Source of the DNA: Octopus vulgaris
Taxonomy: Eukaryota
Length of the DNA: 64,000 nucleotides
Assembly: GCA_951406725.2 (NCBI GenBank)
Contig: OX597836.1
Span: forward strand, 45,446,001 to 45,510,000
Direction: 5' to 3'
The notes below the pieces were generated by a model. The model was not told the DNA's origin. It did not search any database and saw nothing but the letters and a program-made list of their open reading frames with translations. The position numbers were made by a program, and so were the translations under genes. Shown here piece after piece: positions 26,100 through 42,844 of the stretch (the first letter of the stretch is position 1; each line of letters begins with the position of its first letter).

Positions 26100-26415
26100 T
26101 TTTACGTGTTTCAGTCATTTGAATGCGACCATGCTGGAGCACCGCCTTTAGTCGAACAAATCGACCCCAGGACTTATTCTTTGTAAGCCTAGTACTTATT
26201 CTATCGGTGACTTTTGCCGAACCGCTAAGTTACGGGGACATAAACACACCAACATCGGTTGTCGAGTGATGGTGGAAGGACAAACACAGATACACAGATA
26301 CATACACACATATACAACAGGCTTCTTTCAGTTTTCGTCTGCCAAATCCACTCACAAGGCTTTGGTCGGCCTGAGGCTATAGTAGAAGATACTTGCCCAA
26401 GGTACCACGCAGTGG
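26100..26415 (-). mobile_element. SINE family A (head truncated)
   Basis: Matches family A. Confidence 0.85.
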
Positions 26416-26469
26416 ATATATATTTATATATATAAGCACATACAATGTGGTACACACACACATATATAT

Positions 26470-26510
26470 CCGACGATGGCTAAGCTAGCCGAAGCTTCGA
26501 AGTTACAGTC
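26470..26510 (+). ncRNA. Degenerate HHR motif
   Basis: CCGACGA-T-GGCTA-AGC-TAGCC-GAAG-CTTCGAAG-TT. GAAA is changed to GAAG and the 5' strand of helix I is replaced by (TA)n. Confidence 0.5.
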
Positions 26511-26603
26511 AACAACAGTCTTGTATAAGAATAATAAATGACGTGTAGACCAACCCATCAGATTTAAGTAAAATTGTTTTTATAATTGAACATAAAAACA
26601 ACC

Positions 26604-26744
<141 letters not shown>

Positions 26745-26751
26745 CTTATAT

Positions 26752-27153
26752 TACTCTTGTACTCTTTTACTTGTTTCAGTCATTTGACTGCGGCCATGCT
26801 GGAGCACCGCCTTTAATCGAGCAACTCGACCCCGGGACTTATTCTTTTGTAAGTTCAGTATTCATTCTATCGGTCTCTTTTGCCGTACCGCTAAGTAACG
26901 GGGACATAAACACACCAGCATCGGTTGTCAAGCAATGCTAGGGGAACAAACACAGACACACAAACACACACATATATACATACATATATACGACGGGCTT
27001 CTTTCAGTTTCCGTCTACCAAATCCACCCACAAGGCTTTGGTTGGCCCGAGGCTATAGTAGAAGACACTTGTCCAAGGTGCTATGCAGTGGGACTGAACC
27101 CGGAACCTTGTGGTTGGTAAACAAGCTACTTACCACACAGCCACTCCTGCGCC
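26752..27153 (-). mobile_element. SINE family A
   Basis: Full-length match, preceded by (TCTA)n at 26604-26743. Confidence 0.9.
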
Positions 27154-27379
27154 TATGTATGTATATATATATATATATTGATATGCATATATATATAGAT
27201 ATATACATATATATACATTCATATATACATATATATATATATGTATGTATATATTTATAAATATATATATATATATACATACATATATACATATATATGT
27301 ATATATACATATACATATGTATATAGACATACATATATATATATATGTATATATACATATACATATGTATATATACATA

Positions 27380-27451
<72 letters not shown>

Positions 27452-28300
27452 CCATTATCCACACACGCATACGCACACACACACTCAAAAGCTTGCTCGC
27501 TAAATCTTAGTTACAGAAACAAAGAATCATTTAAAAAGACTAAATAATTTTTCCCAAGACGCCATTTTCCGTTTACATAATTCTTCAATTGAAAATGGAA
27601 TCCTGTAAACTTCGAAGAGAATTGTTTTAACGAAGAAAAAAAGAAAAGTGATTATTCACACAAAGTGGTATCGCTGATGAGAATAAATATAAGAAAAATT
27701 AGAAATTGTATGCGTAAACTGTACAAATACAAAGTGAAAAAAAAAAATACAAAAAACAAAACAAAACATAATAGCTTTTTTTGTGTTACTGTAGTTTTTA
27801 TATATTTGTTTTTATGTTTGTTATTTTGTAGCTGTTGATACAAAATTAGGATTGATTCTCAGTTAATGTATATCTTTCCATCTAAATATACTTGAATATC
27901 TGCAAGCTATTTGTTTATAATTATATGACCACATAGTTAACCATCCGCAAATATATGAAGGTTATTGACTCAGAGATTAGGGCATTGTGCTCAGGATTAG
28001 GAGGCAGTGAGTTCAATTCTTGGTTTGAAAAAGCATTTCTTGTTTCTGTGTAAGACAGTTAACTTCCCGCTGTTGCACTTTACTGGAACGAAATTGATTT
28101 TCTGCCGGTTTTGGTGCAGGGTACCTTCCCTCCTGCTATAATGTCCTCGATGTTCGGGTAAGTCAAAGGTAGAAGGCTGTCTGCTCGGGAATACATTTGG
28201 TACAAGGTTACCAAGTCGTACTCGTCTAGAAGTGAGGCCTATGACTAATATGCTTTATATACTTGCGAGCGCGCATGCTAATTTTTGTTTTTATTTTAAG

Positions 28301-28334
<34 letters not shown>

Positions 28335-28343
<9 letters not shown>

Positions 28344-28620
28344 CAACAATATTAAGGAATGGCCCTGATAGGCCATGCGACTCACCAGAAAGAGCAGCCA
28401 AACTCAAACCGCCAGATAGTAGTAATTCAGAAATCAAAGGAAAATTAAAAACATTTACCCTAATAATCCTTGGACAATGCATTGTTTCGACGTACTTTTT
28501 GCCAAAAAGTACGTCGAAACAATGCATTGTCCAAGGATTATTAGGGTTTGAGTTTGGCTGCTCTTTCTGGTGAGTCGAATGGCCTATCAGGGCCATTCCT
28601 TAATATTGTTGAAATTATAT
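28335..28620. mobile_element. Fold-back cassette in (TA)n with the HHR 3' half in both arms
   Basis: Arms 28335-28500 and 28504-28620 are near-perfect apart from a deletion of about 48 bp. GAAAC-AATGCATT-GTC lies next to the centre. Confidence 0.75.
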
Positions 28621-28731
28621 ATATATATAGTCTGTGACTATTTTCTCTTTCTCACTAGACCGCTGATGGCGAAAAAAATTTCTATTGAATGTTTTGCTAC
28701 CCTTATATTGATTAATATATATATATATATA

Positions 28732-28810
<79 letters not shown>

Positions 28811-28939
28811 ATCTCTTCCTGTCAGGTGTCCCAGATGAACCAATCACGGCAGGATATATAGCTGCATCAATCTCTCATATATATATGTAGCAACACCAAA
28901 TGCGTGCCCCAGCATATATATATGAATCAATCAATCAAT

Positions 28940-29031
<92 letters not shown>

Positions 29032-29115
29032 GTATATATATATGTATATATATGTATATATATATATGTATATGTATATATATATATGTATATGTATATA
29101 TATATATATGTATAT

Positions 29116-29225
<110 letters not shown>

Positions 29226-29395
29226 CCAAAAGAGTTAGAGTTTCTTAATCCAACCAACTAAGGAATAATATCTATCCAATATATTGCAGGTAGGAAACCC
29301 AATTATTAATACACAAGTGTTTTCTTTTGCATGGCAATTACAGTAGTGAATGTTATAAATGGGTGAGAGTAAAAAAGTTTTTTACCCTTAATTCA

Positions 29396-30740
<1,345 letters not shown>

Positions 30741-30744
30741 ATAA

Positions 30745-31100
30745 ATTAATAAATAAATAAAGCATATGCATATATACATACATATATGTACGTACCTACC
30801 TCTACATGTATATATACATGCATATATGGGTACAGGACACCAAAAACACGTCGAACACAAAGAGAAACGAAAACATAAACACAAAACCAAGGAAATGGAC
30901 TTTTTTCTTAAACAACGAAAAAATAGAGTACAGGACATACAAAACAAGGAAAATTCCCCTTCTTCAGTCTGTCTTCGTTTCTCTTTGTGTTCAACGTCCT
31001 TTTGGTGTCCTGTACCCATATATGCATGTATATATACATGTAGAGGTAGGTACGTACATATATGTATGCATATATGCATATGCTTTATTTATTTATTATT

Positions 31101-31105
<5 letters not shown>
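30745..31105. mobile_element. Fold-back cassette in (TA)n
   Basis: Arms at about 30745-30872 and 30975-31105 are near-perfect reverse complements. Confidence 0.75.
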
Positions 31106-31140
<35 letters not shown>

Positions 31141-31145
<5 letters not shown>

Positions 31146-31285
31146 CCTAGAGGTGCAAATGAGGGTAGCTACATCAAAATCCATTCTTCACCAAGTGCGA
31201 CATATTAGAGGAGGCTCTCAGTAATAACAGTGTAGCAAAACGGCGGGGCATCAGCATGGCCACAGCTCTGAGCTGAAACCAGAGA
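31141..31285 (+). mobile_element. CR1/L2-like LINE 3' end
   Basis: Homologous to 38915-39175; ends GCATCAGCATGGCCACAGCTCTGAGCTGAAAC. Confidence 0.75.
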
Positions 31286-31303
31286 GAATATATATATATC
31301 TAT

Positions 31304-31707
31304 GGAGTGGCTGTGTGGTAAGTAGCTTGTTTACCAACCACATGGTTCCGGGTTCAGTCCCATTGCGTGGCACCTTGGGCAAGTGTCTTCTACTATAGCC
31401 TCGGGCCGACCAAAGCCTTGTGAGTGGATTTGATAGACGGAAACTGAAAGAAGCCCGTCGCATATATGTATATATATGCGTGTGTGTGTGTTTGTGTGTC
31501 TGTGTTTGTCCCCCTAGCATTGCTTGACAACCGATGCTGGTGTGTTTATGTCCCCGTTACTTAGCGGTTCGGCAAAAGAGACCGATAGAATGAATACTGA
31601 ACTTACAAAAGAATAAGTCCCGGTGTCGATTTGCTCGATTAAAGGCGGTGCTACAGCATGGCCGCAGTCAAATGACTGAAACAAGTAAAAGAGAGTAAAA
31701 AAAAAGA
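31304..31707 (+). mobile_element. SINE family A
   Basis: Matches family A. Confidence 0.9.
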
Positions 31708-31836
31708 TATATATTTATATTTATATATATATATATATATGTATTGTTTAGTCGTCACTTTAAGTGACGACTATAGTTGTTGCCTTTTGGTTATAAACTG
31801 CGAATAGCCACCTTACTAATTTATATATATAAGAAA

Positions 31837-32672
31837 CTAGCAGTATAGCCTGGCGTTGCTCGGGTTTGTTTTTTAGTTGCGCTTAAAACGGCAGACTTTG
31901 ATGTCGCGTTAACAAAGTTTTGACATAGTTTCAATCTATGAATAAAGGTATAGGGTAGTGATGCTCGAGTTTGCTCTGAATGTGCTGCAAATGTGTAATG
32001 CCGACTTCAGTTGTTGGTATTGTTGATTAATATTCCTTCTAATTAACTTTATGGAGAAAAAAAATTACCCGTAGATTTAAAGCAAGATGAAGCTCAAGTT
32101 TCGAACAGCACTGAAAATCTATTAAGAAGTTAAGACTGCAACAGTCTTCATTAAGAAAAAGTACAGGAAAATCCAAAACGTTATTAAGAACAGTTTGTGG
32201 TTACAAAAACCCCCCAAAATGTTATTTTGAAGCCAAACGGGTGGGCAACATGAATCGTGTTTGTATCTGTAAAATGAATAAAATCAACTATTTTACATCA
32301 CGTATAACTAAAAAAATCTGTAAAATCAAAACATACCCATTGAAGGTTTGGCTTGAACATCGTAGATAGTAAGAGCATGCAGATCGCACTTTTTCTGGTT
32401 GAAATACACCGAAAAATGGCGACATGGCAGTCAAAAAATTGTAAAAAAATAGGGATTTTCATAGAAAGAAAAAGCACCTTTTTGATGTAAATAATCTTAA
32501 CATGGTCAGATTTGAATTTTTTCTATGGAATGAAGAGCAAGCCTTCTTCTAGCATACTCTCTCAGTTTTGGTCAACTTGCGCCGCAGGGTCTCGGAGGAG
32601 ATAGTGTTAGATGAAGGCTACCAAGCCTGCCACACACACACACAGACAACTTCAGCTTTATATATATATATA
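31837..32672 (-). mobile_element. Non-autonomous Helitron-like element
   Basis: Reverse-complement 3' end CCCGAGCAACGCCAGG...CTGCTAG|T. Both termini are shared with 49684-50065. Confidence 0.7.
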
Positions 32673-32854
32673 TAATATATATATATATATATGTCATAGT
32701 CACAATGAGGATATTTAAACCCCCTATAGGGATATTCATCTAAGATACAGTGGTTTAATATATTATATTTGAAGAAAGATTTTCTTCAATGAATATATTA
32801 TATAAATTCGTGTCTTTACGTTCTAAGTTCAAATTCCACCGAAGTCGACGTTTC

Positions 32855-32896
<42 letters not shown>

Positions 32897-32989
32897 CTTA
32901 CTTGGAAATGGATGCGTGGCGTTCAATCAAATAATGATATAAATAATATATATATATCACGTGTATATATATGTATATATATATATATA

Positions 32990-33714
32990 TATAAACATAC
33001 ATGCATATATGGGTACAGTACGTCACAAACTGTAAACAACATGAAATGCGAAAACAAAACAGTTGAATACGCAAAGAATGAGAGAAGCAAATGGGAAACA
33101 GGGCAAGTAACATAAAGAACGACCCTTCATCAGTTGTCGACTGTCCATCTACTCCTTATTTCCAGCATTGAACGGTAATATAAGTCTTTCAACGCAGTTG
33201 CTCCTGCAAATCAAAACAGAATTTGGGATTTGCAGAGGGTCAAAGCTGGTAACAAAAACAGGAATAGTGGAGACATACAAGGAAACTGAACGAAAACAAA
33301 CATGGAGGCTCGTCGGTCGAGACGAAAATAAAATAGCGAACGGTGGAGAAATATTTTCTTTGACAAGAGAAAAGATAGAAGAGAGAGAGAGACTCAGCCC
33401 CGAAGGAAAAGAAAGATGATCACGTGAGGTTCGGTTTCCTTGCACGTCTCCACTGTCCTGTTTTTGTTACCAACTTTGACCCGCTGCAAATCCCAAATTT
33501 TATTTTGATTTGCGGGAGCAACTGCCATCAAAGACTCATATTGTCGCTCAATGTTCGAAATGAGGAGTAGATGGACAACTGACAACTGATGAAGGGTCGT
33601 TCTTTATGTTACTTGTCCTATGTTCCATTTGTTTCTCACGTTGTTTGCGTATTCAACTCTTGTTTTCGTATTTCATGTTGTTAACGGTTTGTAGCGTCCT
33701 GTACCTATATATGC

Positions 33715-33715
<1 letters not shown>
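32990..33715. mobile_element. Large fold-back cassette in (TA)n
   Basis: Arms at about 32990-33300 and 33430-33715 are diverged reverse complements, each carrying ACAACTGATGAAGGG. Confidence 0.75.
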
Positions 33716-33795
<80 letters not shown>

Positions 33796-33842
33796 CATAT
33801 ATATATATATGTATATATATATATATTCATATATATATATAT

Positions 33843-34253
33843 ACTCTTTACTCTTTTACTTGTTTCAGTCATTTGACTGTGGCCATGCTGGAGCACCACC
33901 TTTTAGTCGAGCAAATTGACCCTAGGACTTATTCTTTGTAAGCCTAGTACTTATTCTATCGGTCTCTTTTGCTGAACCGCTAAGTTACGGGGACGTAAAC
34001 ACACCAGCATCGGTTGTCAAGCGATGTTGGGGGGGGGACAAACACGGGCACACAAACACGCACACACATATATATACATATATACATATATACGACGGGA
34101 TTCTTTCAGTTTCCGTCTACCAAATCCACTCACAAGGCTTTGGTCGGCCCGAGGCTATAGTAGAAGACACTTGCCCAAGGTGCCACGCAGTGGGACTGAA
34201 CCCGGAACCATGTGGTTGGTAAGCAAGCTACTTACCACACAGCCACTCCTACG

Positions 34254-34255
<2 letters not shown>
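33843..34255 (-). mobile_element. SINE family A
   Basis: Matches family A. Confidence 0.9.
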
Positions 34256-34347
<92 letters not shown>

Positions 34348-34353
34348 TGTATG

Positions 34354-34385
<32 letters not shown>

Positions 34386-34990
34386 GAATTTAACATGAAA
34401 CTGATGGATTATTTAATACTCTTTATCAGAGTTGAGTTTATTAAACATTTACAAGGAAAATTTTGACAGTAACTTTGATATTTCAACTTCTCCGCTGTAA
34501 CAACATTTGCTGAATAAATTTCGAAAATCATTCTCCAAATAGCGTGTGCACTTATCTTTTATCTTTTACTTGTTTCAGTCATTTGGCCGCGGCCATGCTG
34601 GAGCACCGTAATATTTAATTATATATATATTTAAGCTTTTTTGCTTTTTTAAGTTGGTGTTTTTGATCTAGAACTTTTAAAAAGATTTCTCTCTCATTAT
34701 TTTTTAAATTGTATTTTCTTAACAAAACTCATTATCCAAAACTTTGTATCCACAGATATTGTATCATGAAATTAAACTCATGTAAAATATATGTAATTCA
34801 AAGATAAGAGAAGAAAATAGTAACGTTTTTGATGCAACAAAAGAATTAATTTCATTTGCATTATGAGATAACAAAGTATTTTCTACTTACAGTTAGAAGA
34901 ATATTAAAAAAATATGAAATCTAATGAACAAATTGAGTGCAAAATGTAGGCATAACTGAAGCTTCTTTTGAAAAATACATTACCTATATA

Positions 34991-35399
34991 GGCGCAGGAG
35001 TGGCTGTGTGGTAAGTAGCTTGCTTACCAACCACATGGTTCCGGGTTCAGTCCCACTGCGTGGCACCTTGGGCAAGTGTCTTCTACTATAGCCTCGGGCC
35101 GACCAAGGCCTTGTGAGTGGATTTGGTAGACGGAAACTGAAAGAAGCCCGTCGTATATATGTATATATATATATGTGTGCGTGTATGTTTGTGTGTCTGT
35201 GTTTGTCACCCTAGCATTGCTTGACAACCGATGCTGGTGTGTTTATGTCCCCGTTACTTAGCGGTTCGGCAAAAGAGACCGACAGAATAAGTACTGGGCT
35301 TACAAAGAATAAGTCCCGGGGTCGAGTTACTCGATTAAAGGCGGTGCTCCAGCATGGCCGCAGTCAAGTGTCTGAAACAAGTAAAAGAGTAAAGAGAGT
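34991..35399 (+). mobile_element. SINE family A
   Basis: Matches family A. Confidence 0.9.
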
Positions 35400-35441
35400 A
35401 ATTTGGGTAAATTGCTATTACGTGAATTCTTAGATATATCT

Positions 35442-35619
35442 TACTTGTTTCAGTCATTTGACTGCAGCCATGCTGTAGCACTGCCTTTAGTCGAGCAAAT
35501 CGACCCCAGGACTTAGTCTTTGTAAGCCTAGTACTTATTCTATCAGTCTCTTTTTCCGAACCGCTAATTTACGGTGACGTAAACACACCAGCATCGGTTG
35601 TCAAGCGATGTTGGAGCGA

Positions 35620-35675
<56 letters not shown>

Positions 35676-36304
35676 CATATATACGACAGGTGGTTGGTAA
35701 GCAAGCTACTTACCACACAACCAATCCTGCGCCTCGCCTATATCTCATAATATATCTTTTAATCATTTTCCTTAAGTCATTAGACTGCAGCCATACAGGG
35801 ACACCGCTTTGAAGAATTCTAGTCGAATGAATCCGCATCCAGTACATTTTCTAAGCCTTGTATTTATTCTATCGGTCGCTTTTGCTGAACCGATAAGTTA
35901 CGGGGAATTAAATACCCCAACACCAGTTGTCAAGTGGTGGACAAAGAAAAAAAAAGAAGAAAAAAAACACACACACACATATAGAATTGGCACTCCGTCA
36001 GTTACGACTCCAAGAGTTCTAGTTGATCCGATCAACGGAACAGCCTGCTTGGGAAATTTAGTGAAAGTTGCTGGGCAGTCTACAGATACGCGCACCCTTA
36101 ATGTAGTTCTTAGGGAGATTTGACGTGACAAAGTTGGCTCTGAAATACAGGCACAATTCATTTTTGCCAGCTGAGTGGACTGAAGCACCGTGAAATAAAG
36201 TGTTACAAATCGTGACGCTGGAAATCGAACTCATGATTGTGAGCCGAATACTTTAACCACTAAGTCACGCGCCTTCACCCCCCCCCCACACATGTGTGTG
36301 CATA

Positions 36305-36367
<63 letters not shown>

Positions 36368-36466
36368 CGGGCTACCAAATCCGTTCACAAGGGTTTTGGT
36401 CGTCATGAAGGGTTTGGTCGTCGTAGAAGACGGCCAAGGTGCTATGCAGTGAAACTGAACCCAGAA

Positions 36467-36470
<4 letters not shown>
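35442..36470 (-). mobile_element. Deleted SINE A plus a degenerate SINE A carrying a nested SINE D (35988-36275)
   Basis: Matches families A and D. Confidence 0.75.
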
Positions 36471-36516
<46 letters not shown>

Positions 36517-36519
<3 letters not shown>

Positions 36520-36823
36520 CGTGATCACCGCGACCGACCAGGTTATCAGATATTGCTACACATCGCTGGTCACAATGCGTTTCGTATTGTTTTAGCCTTC
36601 AAAGGATGACACCCCGCTGGCTAAGCGAGCAGGCCAACAAAAGAAAGAGTGAGAGAAAGTTGTGGCAAAGAGTACAGCAGGGATCGCCGCCACCCCCTGC
36701 TGGAGCCTCGTGGAGCTGTAGGTGTTTTCGCTCAATAAACACTCTCAACGGCCGGTCTGGGAATCGAAACCGCGATTCTACAACCGCGTGTCCGCTGCCC
36801 TAACCACTGGGCCATTGCGCCTC

Positions 36824-36826
<3 letters not shown>
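36517..36826 (-). mobile_element. SINE family C with a different tail
   Basis: Head as at 22130 and 60055. Confidence 0.82.
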
Positions 36827-36854
<28 letters not shown>

Positions 36855-37238
36855 AATTAAGATTCAGTTGAATTAGGTACTTAAGTCGAGGCATCAAGTC
36901 AATTCAGTATTTTCCGCACAGCTCGAAGTTAGGTGAATAAAAAGCAAATAAGTTACAAGGAATTCTAAGGGGATGTAGAATACTCGCTGCATTGGATCTT
37001 TTGATTGTGATAAGGATAAAGATGAATGTAGCTATATCACCACTGCTCTTTCTTGACCCCTATTGTAATATTCTGCCATTTTGAATTACGGTAGGCTTTA
37101 AGTATTTTCTCCCTTAGTTCATTCTGCTACAATAACAACAGTAAGCATTGTAATTCTTTTATTCTCTAGTTCTGATGAAAAATTTGCTAAAACATTATAA
37201 TGGGGTATCCTGTGTGTTGAAAATCTATATGGTCTTAC

Positions 37239-37323
37239 GCATCTGAAGATAGCAGTGTATTTCAAATTGATGTAATGCTTGCATTGATCGATTAAATGGA
37301 GCCGCTTGAAACTACCGTAATGC
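37239..37323 (+). ncRNA. Type I HHR motif with extended helix II
   Basis: GCAT-CTGAAGA-TAGC-[about 50 nt]-GCTT-GAAAC-TACC-GTA-ATGC, about 40 bp upstream of (TA)n. Confidence 0.7.
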
Positions 37324-37358
37324 TCTGATACCTGGACATCCTTGTTACTTATTCGCTT

Positions 37359-37422
<64 letters not shown>

Positions 37423-37615
37423 ATATATAAGAAAAAATACAGGTAGGAAAATTATAGGAATTTTTCTACCAGTGGCCTAGCATGTATAAAATAGTCAATA
37501 TTTTCCATATAAATTCAGAATTCCTTTAAACACAAAGAAGGTGACCCTAAGAGGACACCTTACATGCTAGGAAGAACGGTCAAAATCCAAACAACGGTTA
37601 AGAGCAAACTGTACA

Positions 37616-37704
<89 letters not shown>

Positions 37705-37719
37705 TTTTATTGTTTTATT

Positions 37720-38215
<496 letters not shown>

Positions 38216-38914
38216 TCACAGATACATACATTCACACACACACACATATAAATCATTAAATTTTTATTAAATTTTTAATCTGTAAACTAAAATTGAAAAT
38301 AAACAGCCTCTTGAGAAGTTGAAATTGAACTTCTATGTAGAAAATACAAAATACAAAAGGGTATTTATTACTATTTTAGCTTTTAAATTCTTACTTCAGC
38401 AACGATATTTGAAGTCTTTTCCTCCTCGTCCAGTACTTTTCCAGGCTTAATTACTGCTTGTCTTATACTTTTCCAGGTTCAGCACTTGAATATTCTAACA
38501 CTCACCGCTCACATTTTCCATTCTAGTCCATACTTCCCCTCAGGCAACGCTTCCATTGTTACAATTAATTATATTTACATTTCTATTTTTCATTCTAGTA
38601 ACATTAATACTAAGCTAGAAATGTTTTAGCTTAATACACAAAAATTTTCCAATAAAAAATATTAACTTATTTAATAAAAAAAAAAATTGCAATAAAAAGC
38701 CCAAAAAACGTGCACACGCTATTTGATGAACCAAACACCTGCAGCTTCACTTTTATCAATTTTTGCTTGGTAGCTAGTCACATATCTGGAATGCATCACA
38801 CTGTTTCTTTTTTTTCAATATGCTGTTGCTCCAGCATGACCACAGTCTGACTGAAAATAAATAAAGGTAAGATTGGAATACTGCCAGTCAACATTTTTTT
38901 TCGCTTTTTCGTTT

Positions 38915-39175
38915 TTCTTGTTTCAGCTCAGAGCTGCGGCCATGCTGATGCACCGCCGTTTTGTGCTACACTGTTATTACGAAGAGCCTCCTCTAATACG
39001 TGGCACTTGGTGAAGAATGGAGTTTGATATAGCTACCCTCATTTGCACCTCTTGCCGTGAGGTAGGTTCATCTGGGACTCTCGACAGGAAGATGTTCAGC
39101 TTTGATTTAAAAACCGTTACATCTACTTTGTGCAAGATCCTCAGACTCTTTGGGAGAATATTAAACATTTGCCTG
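38915..39175 (-). mobile_element. CR1/L2-like LINE 3' end (ORF2 C-terminus plus UTR)
   Basis: FNILPKSLR...FKSKLNIFLSRVPDEP followed by a stem-loop tail. Confidence 0.78.
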
Positions 39176-39365
39176 CCATATTAAAAGCAGTAAAGTATTG
39201 TAATCATTCATAAATTTCTCAGATCACTTTCTTTGGAGTTGATGAAACCCTTCAACACCTCCATTTCTTCTTAATTTGACACTTTCAGCAACAGCGAAGA
39301 AATTAAATCTTTATTCAACCTTAAAAAAGTCAAATGTAATTCTTTAAGTCTCTCTATGCTTTCAT

Positions 39366-39962
39366 GCCAAAGAATGGAGCAGTCATCTAGATGTTTCTTC
39401 CAGTTATTTTCTTAATTTCTATGTAAAGGGAGGATGGGCTTCGGTAGTTCTCTAGTACCTTACTATAAAGAGTGATTTCTAGGTACTCCATTCTTAGGTC
39501 AGCAAAGGAAGGGGCCATTATCGTACCCATTGCAGTCCCGAAATTGTCGATAGATGTTGTCACTGAATACGAAGAAGTTATTCTCCAAGATGAATTTTAG
39601 CCCTTTTATTACGAATTCTTTTTTGATGCGGTGTGGGAGTTCATTGGAGTAATTCTTTAGACAGAATTGGATTGCCTCTATTCCTAGGTTGTGGGGGATA
39701 TTAGATTACAGGTTGACTATATCGAAGGATACTAGTAAGGTATTTTTTTATTAATTGTTTCAGGGAGGTAGTTGAGCATATCTAGGTGGTCTCTTATGTA
39801 GCTTTTGATATTCTTGGGGAATGGTTTTAAGAGGGTGTCTAAAAAGTTGCTGAGGCGGTGAGTTTCGCATGCGGAGCCTGCTATTATAGGTCTTAATTTT
39901 GAAGTCAGTAGGTGGCGGTACCTTGACTATTATGTCTGTGGCCCCCTTGCATGCGTTACTTA
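39366..39962 (-). mobile_element. Penelope-like element reverse transcriptase remnant
   Basis: Manual translation across stops and frameshifts gives RPIIAG..CETHRLSNFLD, LLVSFDIVNL*SNIPH, GTAMGTIMAPSFADL and WKKHLDDC. Confidence 0.85.
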
Positions 39963-39964
39963 TA

Positions 39965-40405
39965 TATAAGGGGCCACACACAGACAGAGGGGACAATCAA
40001 GGACAGACAAACGAATTGAGTGGATTACATCGACCCTAGTGCGTAACAGGCGGTGAGCTGGCAGAATCGTTAGCACCTCGGGCAAAATGCTTACCGGTAT
40101 TTTGTCTGCCGCTTCGTTCTGAGTTCAAATTCCGCCGAGGTCGACTTTGCCTTTCATCCTTTCGGGGTCGATTAAATAAGTACCAGTTATGCACTGGAGT
40201 CGATGTAATCGACTTAATTCCTTTGTCTGTCCTTGTTTGTCCCCTCTGTGTTTAGCCCCTTGTGGGTAGTAAAGAAATAGGTACTTAATTTATCGACCCC
40301 GAAAGGATGAAAGGCAAAGTCGACCTCGGTGGAATTTGAACTCAGAACGTAACGGCAGACGAAATACGGCTACGCATTTCGCCCGGTGTGCTAACGTTTC
40401 TGCCA
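39965..40405. mobile_element. SINE B (+, 40029-40282) nested in SINE B (-)
   Basis: The minus copy is split at GTAAC..GGTACTT. Confidence 0.85.
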
Positions 40406-40504
40406 ATTATATCGTAAACCATATAGCCTAAACCATGAAAGTGCTCTGATCGGCATTCTGCTACACATATGCCCAAAATCCAAATAATTACTTATTTAAA
40501 TATT

Positions 40505-40576
<72 letters not shown>

Positions 40577-40579
<3 letters not shown>

Positions 40580-40920
40580 CAAATAAGAAAATGGAGAAAC
40601 AAATTATCTCGTTCATCAACTTACGGATATTACAATTTAACATTATTTATTAATTATACAAATGAGAACATCAAAAGCAAACAAGAGATTATATAAATCA
40701 ATAGGTAATATAATAATAAGAATAATACAAATACATATTTTAAAAGTCATATTATAATATGTATTTGCATTATTTTAATGATTATATTACCTAATCATTT
40801 ATATAATCTCTTGTTTGCTTTTGATGTTCTCATTTGTATAATTGATAAATAATGTTAAATTGTAATATCCGTAAGTTGATGAACGAATTGAATTTGTTTC
40901 TTCATTTTCTTATTTGTATT
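40577..40920. mobile_element. Fold-back PLE-type termini
   Basis: Arms 40577-40700 and 40797-40920. Same family as 982. Confidence 0.75.
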
Positions 40921-41109
40921 ATAAATTTACGGTAAAAATATTTTTTACCTTCACCTATTTAATACAATAAATGAATTAATTGCATTGCAATTAAAGACAT
41001 TTATGTATTAAGAATTTGGGTACTTTACCAACAGTATATTGGATAACTGATGTCCCATAGTGGGTTACATTCATAACCCCTATCTTACTTTGCGCTATAT
41101 ATATATATA

Positions 41110-41599
<490 letters not shown>

Positions 41600-41631
41600 A
41601 TTTGAATATATATATATCTATGATATATATA

Positions 41632-42796
41632 TGTTGTTATGGCAGAATCCTGAACACCACCACGTGACTGCAGGTGAACTAACCGATTACAATAAAGAAC
41701 TGAGTGAACTGTGAGCAGGGTAGTTGACGGTGTTATTTCGACCGTGCTGGTTAACCGCATTAATTCGACGTGTATTGGTTTAACAATCGGTAGTTGAACA
41801 GTGAATACCGAGTATCGTACCTATATTCAAGTAGTGCGGAGTGCGTTCTGTGTCAAAAGATATTTCTGCGATAGGTTTTTTGATAACCACAACCGACTAT
41901 CGATTTGTGTAATACCATTTTAGTTTTCGTGCAAGGTTTAAAGGAAAAGGAAGATGCGGAAATTCGTAACCGAATTCTAAATTAGAGCAGAATCAGAAGC
42001 TAACGCTACAAGAAATATCTGACGAATGCCAGAGAATAATAACCTAAGGCACGATACGGAACAAACTGAAATGAGAACCTGTTCTCATATACAGTCGGTG
42101 CAACCAAAAGTAAGAAACGAAAAGCATAAAATTAACCCATGTTTGAATGTGGAGAATTATACTACAGATTCGATTGTCCTTATAAAAATCGAATATGTTT
42201 CAAGTGTGGTAAGATAGGTCATAAAATAACCACATTGCAATAAAAACTTAGAAAACGGTTCAGCAGGAAAAATCATGTAAACAGTTTTTTGACAAGCAAT
42301 ACAAATGAGGTTCAAAGGAAATTTGTGTATGTAAAAATTAATACAAATGTAAAATTACATTACTTTAATTAATTAAAACACATAGAAACAATGGGGAAAC
42401 CTACACTACAGAAAACCTCGAAGATTCACGTGGAGTCTCAGTGATTAAACTACTTTTTAAAGGCGAAGTTATCTGTAACGTTACATTTCACATTTCGCGG
42501 TAAGAATATATAAGCGAAAGCTTATGTATTTAAAAATACAAGGAGCCTTTTTGGCACTGACTGGATAGAACCGTTCGAATTGTGGGATTTACTCTCTTTA
42601 CTCTTTTACATGTTTCAGTCATTTGATTGCGGCCATGCTGGAGCACCGCCTTTAGTCGAGCAAATCGACCCCGGGACTTATTCTTTGTAAGCCCAGTGCT
42701 TATTCTATCGGTCTCTTTTGCCGAACCGCTAAGTGACGGGGACGTAAACACACCAGCATCGGTTGTCAAGCAATGCTAGGGGGACATACACAGGCA

Positions 42797-42844
<48 letters not shown>

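Noticed and set aside
27676-27705. CTGATGAG...GAAA in the unclassified repeat
   Set aside because: There is no helix I, II or III complementarity.
33565-33610. CTGATGA or CTGAAGA followed by AGGG in the 32990 and 30745 cassettes, and CTGAGGA at about 1659
   Set aside because: I could not assemble a matching GAAA and closed helices. A permuted or long-range hammerhead remains possible but unsupported.
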